Program-made: the position numbers and the translations under genes
Virus record (IMG/VR): IMGVR_UViG_3300031653_000003
Coordinates: 1 to 54,082 of that record
Length of the DNA stretch: 54,082 nucleotides
DNA from: a virus
Taxonomy: Duplodnaviria; Caudoviricetes
Direction: 5' to 3' (one strand)
The notes under the pieces: model-generated
Told to the model about the DNA's origin: nothing
Database searches by the model: none
Seen by the model: only the letters and a program-made list of their open reading frames with translations
Part shown: piece after piece, positions 18,317 to 27,133 of the stretch
Numbering within the stretch: the stretch's first letter is position 1
How the letters are laid out: each line of letters opens with the position of its first letter

Positions 18317-18742
18317 ATGTTTAATTTCTTAAGGCCAGTTGTTCTCAGTGGCTTTGCCCTCCTGACTGTTTTCTCTTTTCTGCCTCCCGCTGCCGGAACT
18401 GATGTCCAGGCCAATGTATTCACCAACGCCACGATCACCACCACAGCCCAAAGCGAGGTTGTCGCTTGCGGGCAGGGGGCCGGTTCTATTGGCCGAAAGA
18501 CTCTGGTGGTTGAGAACAAGGCGGATGCGGCCAATGGCGCGGTTACGGTAACGGTTGAGCTTAGAGACGCAATTGCCGGAACTGATTTCACCTCCGGCTA
18601 TATGGCAAACGGCGCGGTAGCAACCGGAACCATTACCTATACCGCCAAATATCCTACTGATGATATTGCGGCCAGGTTTTGTAATGTGTCGGCGGTGTCG
18701 GCTTCAACCTCAACTATAACCGTAACACTGCGGAAGGAATAA
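18317..18742 (+). CDS. Signal-peptide-bearing beta-rich protein
   Basis: Hydrophobic N-terminus ending PPAAG; Thr/Ala/Val-rich body. Confidence 0.6.
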   Translation: MFNFLRPVVLSGFALLTVFSFLPPAAGTDVQANVFTNATITTTAQSEVVACGQGAGSIGRKTLVVENKADAANGAVTVTVELRDAIAGTDFTSGYMANGAVATGTITYTAKYPTDDIAARFCNVSAVSASTSTITVTLRKE

Positions 18743-18745
18743 CCT

Positions 18746-19975
18746 ATGTCGAAGTCACAAAACATTTTCCGCTTTCCTGCCAATATCCTTACCCCTTCTT
18801 TGATGGCCGATACTGACCGCGACAACCCTCTGATGCAAGCCGTTAAGAATGAATTGTCTGAGCAATTGGACGGGGTTGAACCGTTTTTCTGGCCTGCGGA
18901 AATTAGCTCGACCCGGCTGGACTCGTATTTTACCCATATGGCCGAGTCTACCCTGCGTAACTTTGCCAGTGATGCGGCAGATGGCCGAACGTTCCTGGAT
19001 AGTCACGACTCCGGAAAGTTAGGTTTTGGTCAATCCTATGATGGCCGGGTAGAGATCAACAATGGCTTGACCCGTGTAGTGGCCGGTTTTTATACTGTGC
19101 CGGGGATTAGGTTTGGCGGAAATCATAGCTACGAGTCAACCGATGACTTCATTATGGCTGTTAAGACCCGGCTGGCGCGTGATGTGTCGGTGGGCTTTTA
19201 TGGCGGGGAGCATGTTTGTGATATTTGTGGGGGTAATTATTTTGATGCTTCTGAATGCCCTCATTTTCCCGGTGTTAAATATCCGGTAGGTGATCAGGGT
19301 AACCAGGTAGTTGTTTGCACCCTCACTATTGAGGATGCCCGTCTATCCGAAGTCTCGGCGGTTTACGATGGAGCCACGCCTGAAGCAATGATCCTTAAGG
19401 CGGAGCGGATGAACAAGGCCGGGGATTTGGATCCAAAAGTTGCCGAGTCCCTGCGAACACAATACCGTATTAAATTACCGGAGCCGGTCAGCCGGTTTGC
19501 CGGTGTTGATATTAAAGACAAAAGGAGCAAGCAAACCATGAACGAATTAGAAGCCATTCGCGCCGCATTACAAGAAGCGGCGGTGAAAAACGCTGAAAAG
19601 GTAGTTGAGGGAGTGCAGGAGTTGATTGATCGAGCCAATGCTTTGCAGGGCGAGAACGATAAACTCACGGTCAAAGTCACCGAACTGCAACCCCTGGCCG
19701 ACGATGGCCGGGCTTATCGGGGCGACCTGGTTGAAGAGGCCCTGGCCGAAGGTGTCCGAGCTATGGGTGACGAATTCCCGATGGAAACCTACCGGGGAAT
19801 GCTGGAAAGCGCCGGGCTGGATCACATCAAGCAGGTTCGGGACACGCTCAAAGCCCAGGGTGACAAGAATTTCCCCGGCGGGCGGCAGACGGCAGATGAA
19901 ACCGAAACACCGGAACCGGAAGGCGGGGAAACTGAAGAGGTTTCTGTGGTTCCCGACTCCGCTTACGCGGCCTAA
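18746..19975 (+). CDS. Prohead protease / scaffold
   Basis: DSHD, DVSVGF..CDICG..CPH, EVSAVYDGA motifs plus a coiled-coil scaffold C-terminus; lies upstream of the capsid gene. Confidence 0.8.
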   Translation: MSKSQNIFRFPANILTPSLMADTDRDNPLMQAVKNELSEQLDGVEPFFWPAEISSTRLDSYFTHMAESTLRNFASDAADGRTFLDSHDSGKLGFGQSYDGRVEINNGLTRVVAGFYTVPGIRFGGNHSYESTDDFIMAVKTRLARDVSVGFYGGEHVCDICGGNYFDASECPHFPGVKYPVGDQGNQVVVCTLTIEDARLSEVSAVYDGATPEAMILKAERMNKAGDLDPKVAESLRTQYRIKLPEPVSRFAGVDIKDKRSKQTMNELEAIRAALQEAAVKNAEKVVEGVQELIDRANALQGENDKLTVKVTELQPLADDGRAYRGDLVEEALAEGVRAMGDEFPMETYRGMLESAGLDHIKQVRDTLKAQGDKNFPGGRQTADETETPEPEGGETEEVSVVPDSAYAA

Positions 19976-20035
19976 TTGACCGTAACCTTAAACAATAAAC
20001 ATTCATTAGCATTTTAACGAAGGGAGTTTTATAAA

Positions 20036-20473
20036 ATGGCTGATCCGAGAGACAACATCAAATTCGATGACATCAAAGCAGTATTTGAAACGTACATAAT
20101 TGATGACAGTTCCATCACCTACGACGCAACCGAAGACCGGGGCTGCGCCTCCACTATGCGTGACATGGCGGTGAGCCTGTCTGCTGCCGGGACCGTACAG
20201 TTAGCCGGGGACGCGGAGCCTGTTGTTGGCAAATTGATTGAAGTCTATGCCGATGACAAATGTCTGGTTCAGGTTGGCGGCAATTTGACCTTGCCGGGTG
20301 GTAGTGGCGCAACTCTGACCCTGGGGTATGCGATTGTCGGTGATCTGGGCGCGGGTTCTGCCGAGGGCTATATTCGCATTTCAGACGGCGCAACTGCCGC
20401 CGAGATTGCGGGCCAGCGCGGGCAAATTCTGGACGCCGGGACTACCACAGCGGTTGTGGTGAAGTTCCCTTAA
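20036..20473 (+). CDS. Capsid decoration/cement protein
   Basis: Small Gly/Ala-rich beta protein between protease and capsid. Confidence 0.65.
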   Translation: MADPRDNIKFDDIKAVFETYIIDDSSITYDATEDRGCASTMRDMAVSLSAAGTVQLAGDAEPVVGKLIEVYADDKCLVQVGGNLTLPGGSGATLTLGYAIVGDLGAGSAEGYIRISDGATAAEIAGQRGQILDAGTTTAVVVKFP

Positions 20474-20538
20474 CCTATTCTGCAAACAATTATTGAAAAT
20501 TTTACGCAACAGGAAATTTAAGTAGAGGAGATCACATT

Positions 20539-21750
20539 ATGACCAAAGCAACAATTACCCGTATGTCTCCGGCTGATATTGTATCCCAAATGAGAGGAAA
20601 CCCCCTTGAAATTGTAGGCGATGCCTATAAACACGAGATGAACCTCTCTGCATTTCTGGAACGCTTGACCCCTTCCGAGAAGGGCGATAAGCTGGATGCG
20701 TTTGGCCGGGTGTTGAAAGAGGCCGGGATAGTTTTACGCAGTGACCCGCAGGCCGGTTATTGGGCTTCCCCAGCCTCTGAATTTCTCAAGGACAAGGCGA
20801 CCCGCACCCTGCTGTTTGAGTATGCGTCCCGTATCTGGCGGCGCGTGGCTTATGGCAACGGCAACCGGGCCACCTATCTGAGCGGGGATAATCCTCCCGG
20901 CTCCTGGGATCGGCCCTACTATGACGCCCAGCAAGCCCGATGGGATGAGCAATTGGCCCCGGCGATTCCTCTCTCTGAGATGGTCGCCATGACCACGCCC
21001 ATCGACGGACAGGATTATCGCGCCTTTTATATGACCTACGATGCCACCGCCCTGCGGCTTTACCGGGTCGGCGAATCGGCTGAAATCCCCATTGCTAACC
21101 TGGCTGATTCCGAGCATACTATCACGCTTCACAAGTACGGGCGTGGAATGCGGGCCAGCTATGAGCAGATGCGCCGGATGCGTATTGACAAGCTGGCGAT
21201 GCAAATTCGCATGATGGCCGTGCAAAATGAGGTTGACAAGGTAGCCGCAGCCCTGGCTATCATTATCGCCGGGGACGGAAACAGCAATTCGGCCACGACT
21301 CACGATCTGACAACCCTTGATACTGATGCGACCGCCGGAACCTTAACCATGAAGGGCTGGCTGAATTTCCGCAAGCAGTTTGCCAACCCCTACAAGATGA
21401 CCACAGCTTTAATGACTGCGGCGTCGGCTCTCCAGTTGGAAATGCTCAACATCGGCAGCGCAAACCTGGCTCTCTTGCAATTGCAGGGGAGTGACATCGT
21501 GGGCACGATCCGGCCCATTAACCGTACTGCTGACGCGGTTGGCTACGGCTGGACATCTGATGCCCCGGCCTTGACCATTACGGCCTTCGACCGGGCATGG
21601 GCGTTGGAGCAGTTGGTCGAGATTGGCGGCGACGTGGCCGAGACTGAACGCTTTATCACCAGTCAAACCGAAGTGCTGACAATCACCGAAGTTCAAGGCT
21701 TTGCCGTGATGGACAATACGGCTAACCTGATCCTTGACATTAACGCATAG
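20539..21750 (+). CDS. Major capsid protein (HK97 fold)
   Basis: Size and position; RVGESAEIP...LHKYGRGMRASYE pattern; strong RBS. Confidence 0.85.
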   Translation: MTKATITRMSPADIVSQMRGNPLEIVGDAYKHEMNLSAFLERLTPSEKGDKLDAFGRVLKEAGIVLRSDPQAGYWASPASEFLKDKATRTLLFEYASRIWRRVAYGNGNRATYLSGDNPPGSWDRPYYDAQQARWDEQLAPAIPLSEMVAMTTPIDGQDYRAFYMTYDATALRLYRVGESAEIPIANLADSEHTITLHKYGRGMRASYEQMRRMRIDKLAMQIRMMAVQNEVDKVAAALAIIIAGDGNSNSATTHDLTTLDTDATAGTLTMKGWLNFRKQFANPYKMTTALMTAASALQLEMLNIGSANLALLQLQGSDIVGTIRPINRTADAVGYGWTSDAPALTITAFDRAWALEQLVEIGGDVAETERFITSQTEVLTITEVQGFAVMDNTANLILDINA

Positions 21751-21958
21751 ATGAAACTTTGGCTGGCGGGGAAGATCAACCCTGACAATCCGAAGGAATG
21801 GCAGTTCATAGGGGTGTTTGGCGGGCAGCTACGCGCAATCAGGGCATGTAAAGATGAAACATTCTTTGTGGCTCCGGTGGAAATGAATCAGGAATTACCC
21901 CTCTCTGTCCGGGATTGGCCGGGCCTGTTTTACCCGATGGCTGGAAAGGAATAGTACA

Positions 21959-22204
21959 ATGCTAAAGAAAATTAAAGTAAAATCTGGCCGGAATGATCGT
22001 CAGGTGGTTTTATTTGAGAAGCATAAGGATCATCCGAGCGGCCAGGCTTTTGTTTCCCAGCCGGACAGGGTTTATGAGGTGGCTGAAACCCCGCTTGTTT
22101 TGAAGCGGTTGAGTCAAAATTGGCTGGTCAGAGTGGAGCAGAAAGCAGCGGTGAAAAAAGCGGCACCGAAAGCGAAGTCGGTAAGTGAAGCAGCCGAAAA
22201 GTAG
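21959..22204 (+). CDS. Small basic protein after capsid
   Basis: ORF with AAGGA RBS. Confidence 0.5.
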   Translation: MLKKIKVKSGRNDRQVVLFEKHKDHPSGQAFVSQPDRVYEVAETPLVLKRLSQNWLVRVEQKAAVKKAAPKAKSVSEAAEK

Positions 22205-22766
22205 TTCGATTTCTACTACCCAGGCAGCGGGAGAATTATTCAATATCATTGATGTCTCCCATTATGAGCAACATCAGGGCCATATGTTTACGGTTGACGC
22301 GATCAACCTTGCAATGGCTGCAACGGACACCATTGCCCTGGCTTTTAAAACGCCGCCGGAACAAGAAAAGACTATTCATATTTACCAGAACTTTATCGCC
22401 CTGGCCTCCGGCCATATGGACATTGTCGAAGGGCCGACCTGGACAACGAACACCGGATTATTGGTACCAATTTTTAACCGGTATCGGGAAGCTACGATGG
22501 ACGCCTCAATTGTTCTTGAGGATAAAACCGCAACCCCGAATTTCACGGCCACAGGGAACATTATTCTCGATCCAACGGCTTTAACGGGAGGCACTATCCT
22601 TAGAACCATTTACGGGTTCGGGAAAAAGGACAAAGCACCCAGTACCAGAGACGAAGCACATGGCTGGATTTTAGCGGCTGACACAACCTATGCTTTTCTG
22701 TTTACCGCTGATGACGGAAGCAATAAGGCCCAGCTTACGCTTAATTGGGCCGAAACAATAATTTAA
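22185..22766 (+). CDS. Hypothetical virion-associated protein
   Basis: Beta-rich ORF in the structural operon. Confidence 0.5.
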   Translation: MKQPKSSSISTTQAAGELFNIIDVSHYEQHQGHMFTVDAINLAMAATDTIALAFKTPPEQEKTIHIYQNFIALASGHMDIVEGPTWTTNTGLLVPIFNRYREATMDASIVLEDKTATPNFTATGNIILDPTALTGGTILRTIYGFGKKDKAPSTRDEAHGWILAADTTYAFLFTADDGSNKAQLTLNWAETII

Positions 22767-22778
22767 GGAGTCAATGAT

Positions 22779-23360
22779 ATGAAAAATCAAACACACGTTA
22801 AGTTTTTAATCTTCGCGCTTTGCCTGTGGGTGTTATTTTGTGTAACGCCCTTTGCCTCGACGGTCAACGCCTCGGTGCAGGCAGGTATATCCAATCTTGA
22901 CCGCCTGTATTTAAGGGCAACCTCAACCGGCCCGATTCTCAATGTCCGGCAAAATGGAACCGGCGACATCGTCCGTTTTCAGGATGGCGGATCAACCGTT
23001 CTAAGCATCGGTGATGGCGGCATGTTTACTATCGACAGCGGCGCGATGGTATTCGGTCAGCAAAGCGAAACCGTTACAGCGACCTTTATCTTGACTCCGA
23101 CAGCCCCTTTTATCCTGATCACGTCTGATTCGGCTTATACCTCGTCAACCGATACGCCGGTCATCACGACCACGGCGACGGCTAACCAAATGTTGATGAT
23201 CCAGAATGGCAACGCCTCTGATGCGTTGACCGTTGACGGAACCGGCGGCACGATAGAGTGTAAGGCCGATGTTGTTCTGGGAGCCGGGGACATTATGACC
23301 CTGATCTATAGTGAGTCAGATTTGGTATGGCACTGTCAAAGCGTTTATGATAACAGCTAA
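22779..23360 (+). CDS. Signal-peptide-bearing beta-rich protein
   Basis: MKNQTHVKFLIFALCLWVLFCVTPFA...; AAGGAG RBS. Confidence 0.6.
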   Translation: MKNQTHVKFLIFALCLWVLFCVTPFASTVNASVQAGISNLDRLYLRATSTGPILNVRQNGTGDIVRFQDGGSTVLSIGDGGMFTIDSGAMVFGQQSETVTATFILTPTAPFILITSDSAYTSSTDTPVITTTATANQMLMIQNGNASDALTVDGTGGTIECKADVVLGAGDIMTLIYSESDLVWHCQSVYDNS

Positions 23361-23370
23361 AGGCTAACCA

Positions 23371-23793
23371 ATGGCTATTTTATCCTCTGACGAATATCCG
23401 GCGATCAGGGCGGTGCTTGACACCGACCTGAATGATAAAAATCTATATGATTCTACGATTGCCCTGGATATTTATCAGGGGGCGGCTGATCAGGATGTAT
23501 TAGACCTTGACCCCGACGCCGAGAGCAGAACCGGCACCGACGCCGAAAGAATCTTGAGAGCCGCTATCTACTTTTGTGCTGCCCGCCTTGCCCCCGCAGT
23601 AGTGAGGATCACGAGTCTGAGCATTCAGGCTCGTGATCTCTCATACAGTAAACCGGTATTTGACCCGGAAAAAAGGGCGGCTGAGTTGCGGTCAATGGCA
23701 GAGGAAGAAATCAACGAAGTATTGCACCCGACTGATACGTCTTATTCGATGCCAACGATGTTCGCCAGGGCCGAGGGAAAACGAGGCTGGTAA
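23371..23793 (+). CDS. Head-tail adaptor/connector
   Basis: Helical 140-aa protein in the neck position (RAAIYFCAARL). Confidence 0.6.
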   Translation: MAILSSDEYPAIRAVLDTDLNDKNLYDSTIALDIYQGAADQDVLDLDPDAESRTGTDAERILRAAIYFCAARLAPAVVRITSLSIQARDLSYSKPVFDPEKRAAELRSMAEEEINEVLHPTDTSYSMPTMFARAEGKRGW

Positions 23794-24216
23794 ATGCCGG
23801 GGCAATTAAAAAATATAACAATCGTTGGTTACAACCGGCTAATGAATAGCCTGCGGCGCATTGCAGCCGATAACCAGGAAATTGGAGACGAGCCGGTCAG
23901 GGCCTTCTCCCAAGAGATGCGGGGGGTATTAAAGAGCGAACCTTACCCCCCCAAAAGACCCGGCCAACGATCTGTCAGAACCGGGCGACTAGCGAACAGC
24001 TGGAAGGTTGAAGGGCAGGGGCCGCCGGCCAGATACCGGATAATCAACACGGCCCGAAGCAAAAAAGGCAAGTTCTATGCCGGGTGGGTTGTTGGCATAA
24101 AACAAGCCTGGATGCACAAGGGCCGCTGGTGGAAAGCAGTGGCCGTGGTTAAAAAACACAGCCACAAATTAAGTGAAAAGTTAAACAGTATCTACAAGGA
24201 ATTGTGGGGTAAATGA
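23794..24216 (+). CDS. HK97 gp10-like neck/tail completion protein
   Basis: RTGRLANSW...YAGWV motif. Confidence 0.75.
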   Translation: MPGQLKNITIVGYNRLMNSLRRIAADNQEIGDEPVRAFSQEMRGVLKSEPYPPKRPGQRSVRTGRLANSWKVEGQGPPARYRIINTARSKKGKFYAGWVVGIKQAWMHKGRWWKAVAVVKKHSHKLSEKLNSIYKELWGK

Positions 24217-24217
24217 T

Positions 24218-24706
24218 ATGTTAAAAGCAACTAAGTTAGCTATGAGTATTTTTTTCGGGGCCTTTATTTTGATTGTCGTTTTAGCGGGGCTTCCTCAGAC
24301 CGATGTTTCCGCTAATCCCCTCGATGCCCCATTGATGACAAGAGCAATTGTCACCACTACCGAAGTTCTGTATGACGGGGTTGATGTTGATCTATTGGCG
24401 GCAACGGCTGACGGGGAGAAATTCACCAATACCGGTAAGGAATTCTTCTTTATCACCAACGACTACACGGATACGGTGACTGCAACCTTTGTAACTGCCG
24501 GAACCTTTGGCGGGTTTGCGATTGAAGACGTTACCGTGCCTATCAGCGCCAGTTATTCCAAGCTGGTTGGCCCGTTCAATATTGCCATTTTTAACCAGAA
24601 AAGCGGCGATGATAAAAATACCATCTACGTCAACTGGGACTCGGTGGGGCAAACCGGCATTGCCAGTATAACGGTACGCGCTTATAAACTGGATGACGGC
24701 AGCTAA
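24218..24706 (+). CDS. Signal-peptide-bearing structural-type protein, similar to 25459-25794
   Basis: Hydrophobic N-terminus; body shares GVD..., DTVT.T..T and NQ..G motifs with 25459-25794. Confidence 0.55.
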   Translation: MLKATKLAMSIFFGAFILIVVLAGLPQTDVSANPLDAPLMTRAIVTTTEVLYDGVDVDLLAATADGEKFTNTGKEFFFITNDYTDTVTATFVTAGTFGGFAIEDVTVPISASYSKLVGPFNIAIFNQKSGDDKNTIYVNWDSVGQTGIASITVRAYKLDDGS

Positions 24707-25185
24707 TGGCCGAACAGGGGACAGGCGAGGCACTGGGGGCGCTCAAACGGGTTTTTGAGAACGTCAACCCGGCCCCGGCCCAAAGCCAGGCGGGTGTCTG
24801 GATTTACCCGCAAGACTTTGAATCGATTGAATTTACGACGCTGCCGGTAGTTGTCTTGTCAGAAGTGGTCAACAATCAGAACCAGTGGCTTTATGACGCG
24901 CACGATTTAAGCGAGTCGGTCTGGGCAATTGAGGCGCTAGTCTTTCTCTATCCCGGCCCGTTGACCACGGAACCGGCGGCGCATGAGGCCGAAAAATTAC
25001 ATAATCCCTGGCCCCTGGCTTTGGCTGACATCCTCTACAATCAGCAGGATTTATACCGGACGGTGGTCAGGGTTGGGCAGGGGAAAAAATTATTTGACTG
25101 GACGGTGGGCCAGATAGATTTTTGGCAGAAGGTATTTTGGGGGATTCGGTTTGTGCTGCCGGTCAGCCAATCACACAGCCATTAA
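24706..25185 (+). CDS. Tail terminator-like protein
   Basis: Position before the tail tube; LPVVVL motif. Confidence 0.55.
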   Translation: MAEQGTGEALGALKRVFENVNPAPAQSQAGVWIYPQDFESIEFTTLPVVVLSEVVNNQNQWLYDAHDLSESVWAIEALVFLYPGPLTTEPAAHEAEKLHNPWPLALADILYNQQDLYRTVVRVGQGKKLFDWTVGQIDFWQKVFWGIRFVLPVSQSHSH

Positions 25186-25196
25186 GGACGGGTAAT

Positions 25197-25466
25197 ATGA
25201 GCAAAAAAAATGTTGATCTGGAAACCAAACCACTCAATGAGCCGGATGCTTCCGCAGTGGAGGTGTCAGGCAACAAGGGAAAAGACAAACCGGTTACAGT
25301 TGATGAGCTTTTCCCGGATAGCCCTGGCATAGCGCGGGCGCTTAAAAAATCCGGGGTCAAGACCCTGGCTGAATTAAAAAACAAAACACTTGATGAAATT
25401 TCAGCAATGCCGGGGATACAATTTACTCGCCTACAGAAAGTCCAGGAGGTTTTGAAGCGTGGCTGA
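25197..25466 (+). CDS. Helix-hairpin-helix protein (RNAP alpha-CTD-like)
   Basis: ARALKKSGVKTLAELKNKTLDEISAMPGI. Confidence 0.6.
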   Translation: MSKKNVDLETKPLNEPDASAVEVSGNKGKDKPVTVDELFPDSPGIARALKKSGVKTLAELKNKTLDEISAMPGIQFTRLQKVQEVLKRG

Positions 25467-25794
25467 TGTAACGCTGACCCGTACCAGTCTCACCAATGAC
25501 GGCGTTGATCTAACCGCCGGATTGCAAGCGATGGTAGCGGCTGATACCTATTATTACGCCAACGCTGACGGCGCGCCGGTCATCTATCTGATCGCCACTG
25601 ACACGGTAACGGTCACGATTGAAACGCCTTTTACGGCCTCCGGCGAAAGCCTGCCGGATAAAACGATCAATATGGTTAACGAGGACGTATTATTGCTCAA
25701 GCCTCGCGTTAAAAAATATTACAACCAGACTGACGGGACGGTGAAAGTCACCGTGACCGCAACGGGCGTCAGTATTGGTATTTATGTACCATAA
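25459..25794 (+). CDS. Structural protein
   Basis: Beta-rich ORF directly before the tail tube gene. Confidence 0.55.
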   Translation: MADVTLTRTSLTNDGVDLTAGLQAMVAADTYYYANADGAPVIYLIATDTVTVTIETPFTASGESLPDKTINMVNEDVLLLKPRVKKYYNQTDGTVKVTVTATGVSIGIYVP

Positions 25795-25821
25795 TTAGAC
25801 TGATAGCAAGGAGATAACAAA

Positions 25822-26250
25822 ATGAGTAAATACGATGGCAAAGGCGTAGTTTTGGAGTGGGATGCAGCAGGGGGAACCGATTACACAACGATTGCCCAAA
25901 TTTTTGAGATCACCCCGCCCGGCCCTTCCCGCAACTCAATTGATGTAACCGCGCACGATTCAACCGATGACTGGAAGGAATTCATCAAGGGCATTAAAGA
26001 CGGAGGCGAAGTTAGCTTCGGATTGATCTATGACCCGGTTTTAGGGACTCACGATGCCTCAACCGGTATTCTGTCAGATTGGGATGAGGACTCAACGATC
26101 CCGACATGGCGGATCACGTTCCCGGATGCAGCCTTAACCAAATGGACGTTCCCCGGCTTTATCACGGCTACGACTCCGGCGACCCCTCTTGAGGATAAGA
26201 TGACAATGGGCGTTACCTTGAAGGTAAGCGGGAAACCGACCCTGGCCTAA
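25822..26250 (+). CDS. Tail tube protein (lambda gpV-like)
   Basis: IDVTAHDS...WKEFIKGIKDGGEVSF...WRITFPD...FPGFIT...LKVSGKP. Confidence 0.9.
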   Translation: MSKYDGKGVVLEWDAAGGTDYTTIAQIFEITPPGPSRNSIDVTAHDSTDDWKEFIKGIKDGGEVSFGLIYDPVLGTHDASTGILSDWDEDSTIPTWRITFPDAALTKWTFPGFITATTPATPLEDKMTMGVTLKVSGKPTLA

Positions 26251-26270
26251 AATAAAATTTAATAAATAAG

Positions 26271-26765
26271 GTGGGCAAAATGGCAGCAGAGAAAAAGAAG
26301 TTTTTAACAAAAGACGATATTTTTAATGTCCCTCTAAGGATTGAAGAACTGTATATCCCTGAATGGGACGGGGTTGTTTTTATCAAGGAAATGACCGCCC
26401 TGCAAATTGAGCAAGACGGCCAGTTTATGATCAAAAACAACGGCAAGCCGGACTACAGCAAGGCGATCCAGATTCCGACTCGCTCCTGCGCCCGGCAGGT
26501 GGTTGACAAGGACGGCAACCGGCTATTCTCCGAGCGGGATATTAACGAGCTTCGGCAGAAGCATGGTTCGGCCATTACCCGCATCTCAAAAGCGGTGCGG
26601 GAGTTGTCCGGGCAAGGAACGAAGGCTGGGGATTCTGAGATAGCCCAATGGCTTGAGAAAAACTACCCGGAAACCCTGGCAGAATACCGGGAGGAAACCG
26701 GGGCTATTGCTGAGGCCGAGGAAAATTTTACGCCAACCCCCTCCGACGATTCGCCTTCGGATTAG
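26271..26765 (+). CDS. Tail assembly chaperone (gpG-like)
   Basis: IPEWDGVVFIKEMT...VVDKDGNRLFS; lies between the tube and tape measure genes. Confidence 0.85.
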   Translation: MGKMAAEKKKFLTKDDIFNVPLRIEELYIPEWDGVVFIKEMTALQIEQDGQFMIKNNGKPDYSKAIQIPTRSCARQVVDKDGNRLFSERDINELRQKHGSAITRISKAVRELSGQGTKAGDSEIAQWLEKNYPETLAEYREETGAIAEAEENFTPTPSDDSPSD

Positions 26766-27091
26766 CTACCAAGCTGGGCGGGGATAACGTTAATGTTGAC
26801 CTGATGCTATCCCGAATTCCAGCCTCCATGCTTTGGGAGTGGATAGCCTATAGCCGGATCGAGCCGTTTGACGAGGAGCGGGCAGACCTGCGGGCCGGGA
26901 TTGTGGCTTCAGTTATTGCCAATACCAACCGCAAGAAAGGTTCTCCCCCATTCAAAGCCAAAGACTTTATGCCTAAATACGGGCGGCGACAACAGCAGTG
27001 GCAAGATCAATTAAAAATAGTGGAAATGCTCAACCAAGCCTTTGGGGGAGATGACCTAAGAACCGACGAACAAAAGGAATGGCAACAATAA
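26723..27091 (+). CDS. gpGT-like extension made by programmed -1 frameshift
   Basis: Slippery A-AAT-TTT at 26723-26729; the -1 frame is open (YANPLRRFAFGLATKLG...) into track ORF 26804-27091. Confidence 0.8.
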   Translation, partial: KFYANPLRRFAFGLATKLGGDNVNVDLMLSRIPASMLWEWIAYSRIEPFDEERADLRAGIVASVIANTNRKKGSPPFKAKDFMPKYGRRQQQWQDQLKIVEMLNQAFGGDDLRTDEQKEWQQ

Positions 27092-27133
27092 AGGCTTGCC
27101 ATTCCTTATTTTTTAATAACCGTTAGGGTTTTA

